Notes under the pieces: generated by a model
Database searches by the model: none
Seen by the model: only the letters and a program-made list of their open reading frames with translations
What the model was told of the DNA's origin: nothing
Shown: positions 62,561-64,000 of the stretch, piece by piece
Layout: every line of letters starts with the position of its first letter
Numbering within the stretch: position 1 is the stretch's first letter
NCBI RefSeq assembly: GCF_001194135.2
Contig: NC_068995.1
Location: 38,302,507-38,366,506 of the forward strand
Origin: Octopus bimaculoides
Taxonomy: Eukaryota
Direction of reading: 5' to 3'
DNA: 64,000 bases
Translations under genes and position numbers: made by a program

Positions 62561-63658
62561 ATGAAATTGATAGTTGCTCTAATGTTTATGTCATGTGGAA
62601 GCGCTTCTCCATACGAAAACGGCTTTTTTCCCAACGTATTAAAAAATTATCATAAAACAAAGAGACCTATTGATGACGTTGAGAATATCATATTCATAAA
62701 TGTGTCACTTAACGTAAAGCGTGTTATTGAATCGGGTATTAACCAAGTACAGCATAAAATGGATGGTCGTTAATCGGAAATGGGAATATTCAGTTTATGG
62801 TATAAATCATACGAATGTTTTCTTATATGAAATTCAGTATCCTAACATACAAATATGTAATATTAATATCGTATCGGGGGATTTCAGTTGTTTTGATCTG
62901 TTCAAAGTAGTCACTGTCAATGCTGATAGGATCGTTCACTTATATATGGACAAAATATTCAAAACTTTGTGCAGGATTAACGGTAAAAAATATCCTTTCG
63001 ATGAGTACGAATATGATATAACGTTTTGCTTTGTATGTAGAGGAAAACACCTAAATCAAATCAATGGGATTTCAATTTTTAAGAGAGTGACGGCGAAAAG
63101 GAATATATTATAGCAGTTGGTCTTACAGTTCAGGGCAAGAGGAACGTTAGCAGTGTAACAGTAACAAAAATTATACACCCAACAATGTTAACGTTATTGA
63201 TATTTTCTGTCCATTTATTTCCGCCTGCATCTGGAGTCAAAGTTTCTCTTGCAATTATTGTTTTTCTTACAAACATCGTTTTCCTTTCTGAAACTGAAAA
63301 AAAAAAAAATATTCGGTAATAATTCTCAGGATCCCTCCATATATCTAATATAATTTTTTAATTCTGAAATTTGTCCGGCGAATGTTCTACTGTCGAGTCA
63401 GTAATTGTGTGTACACTTTTTGCTCACAAGACTGGATCGAACATTAATTAAGCTCCAGAAATTGCACAACAATCAAATAGATCAAGAAAAAGTGTTTGTG
63501 TCTCAGAAACCTCAGATAAACAAAATTTTAAAATAAAAACTCTGAATTCTCATCAGAAATATTTTCTAACGCATCAAAAAGTAGACAAAATAGTTTTGTC
63601 AATAATTGTTGTATACCTCTTACTCTATATCATCTTTGCTTTGTCAGACTCTTGGTAA
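62561..63658 (+). pseudogene. Cys-loop receptor 5: chemotactile-receptor-like pseudogene
   Basis: Colinear with genes 3/4 from ATG 62561 to TAA 63656-63658. Lesions: net 23-nt deletion at ~62750, Cys-loop Cys to Tyr (63012-63014), net 43-nt deletion at ~63035-63058 (vs gene 3), stops at 63080, 63351 and 63449, A-run expanded from 6 to 13 (63297-63309), and a +1 insertion near 63375. Confidence 0.95.
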
Positions 63659-64000
63659 TAATGACAAAATAAGGGTAAGTTTCCAGTCATTTCAGCTGTT
63701 AAGCAAGATTTGGAAAGACTATCTCACATGTTAAATATTCGTGTCCACAATGGAAGACTGATTCAAAATTATAGTAATAAAAAAACCATAGCAAACTCGC
63801 AAGATGTGCATCAATTGTACATTTCGTCTAAGAGTCACTAAAGATACTGGCACAGTCTTATTTATATATATAGAAGATTCCGCTTTGCAGATAACGTTTT
63901 TTCTTGGTACTTCTCAATAAGAATTGTATATAGTAATATCAGAAAGTGCTCATCTGTCATATTTTAAAACTATATACGACTTACATTACAGTTCATATCC

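Overview
AT-rich, gap-ridden eukaryotic genomic DNA, dense in microsatellites and decayed transposons. The repeat and gene content points to an octopus/cephalopod (inference). The core content is a same-strand (+) tandem array of five acetylcholine-receptor-like Cys-loop channel genes with intronless coding regions. Four are intact (15553-16707, 39313-40461, 44542-45687, 59552-60697) and one is a pseudogene (62561-63658). All lack the ACh-binding vicinal Cys-Cys, loop-A Tyr and loop-B Trp, and carry an extra conserved Cys pair. This matches the cephalopod chemotactile receptor (CR) family, which is already known; the copy-specific features below are my own reading of the sequence. Gene 1 has K-Q-K in place of the cation-selective G-E-K at the pore mouth. 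Gene 2 has a strongly basic loop C where its paralogues are acidic. Genes 3-5 share an upstream module with a candidate 5'-UTR intron, and the TATA-like element found in genes 3 and 4 is deleted in the pseudogene. Intergenic DNA holds several mariner and DD37D elements, R4/Dong-like retroelements abutting (TAA)n arrays, Tx1-, CR1/L2- and Penelope-type retroelement relics, a gypsy gag-pro relic, a Helitron relic and SINEs. It also holds three well-formed minimal type-I hammerhead ribozyme motifs. All alignments were made by eye with no database searches; transposon boundaries are approximate unless TIRs are given.
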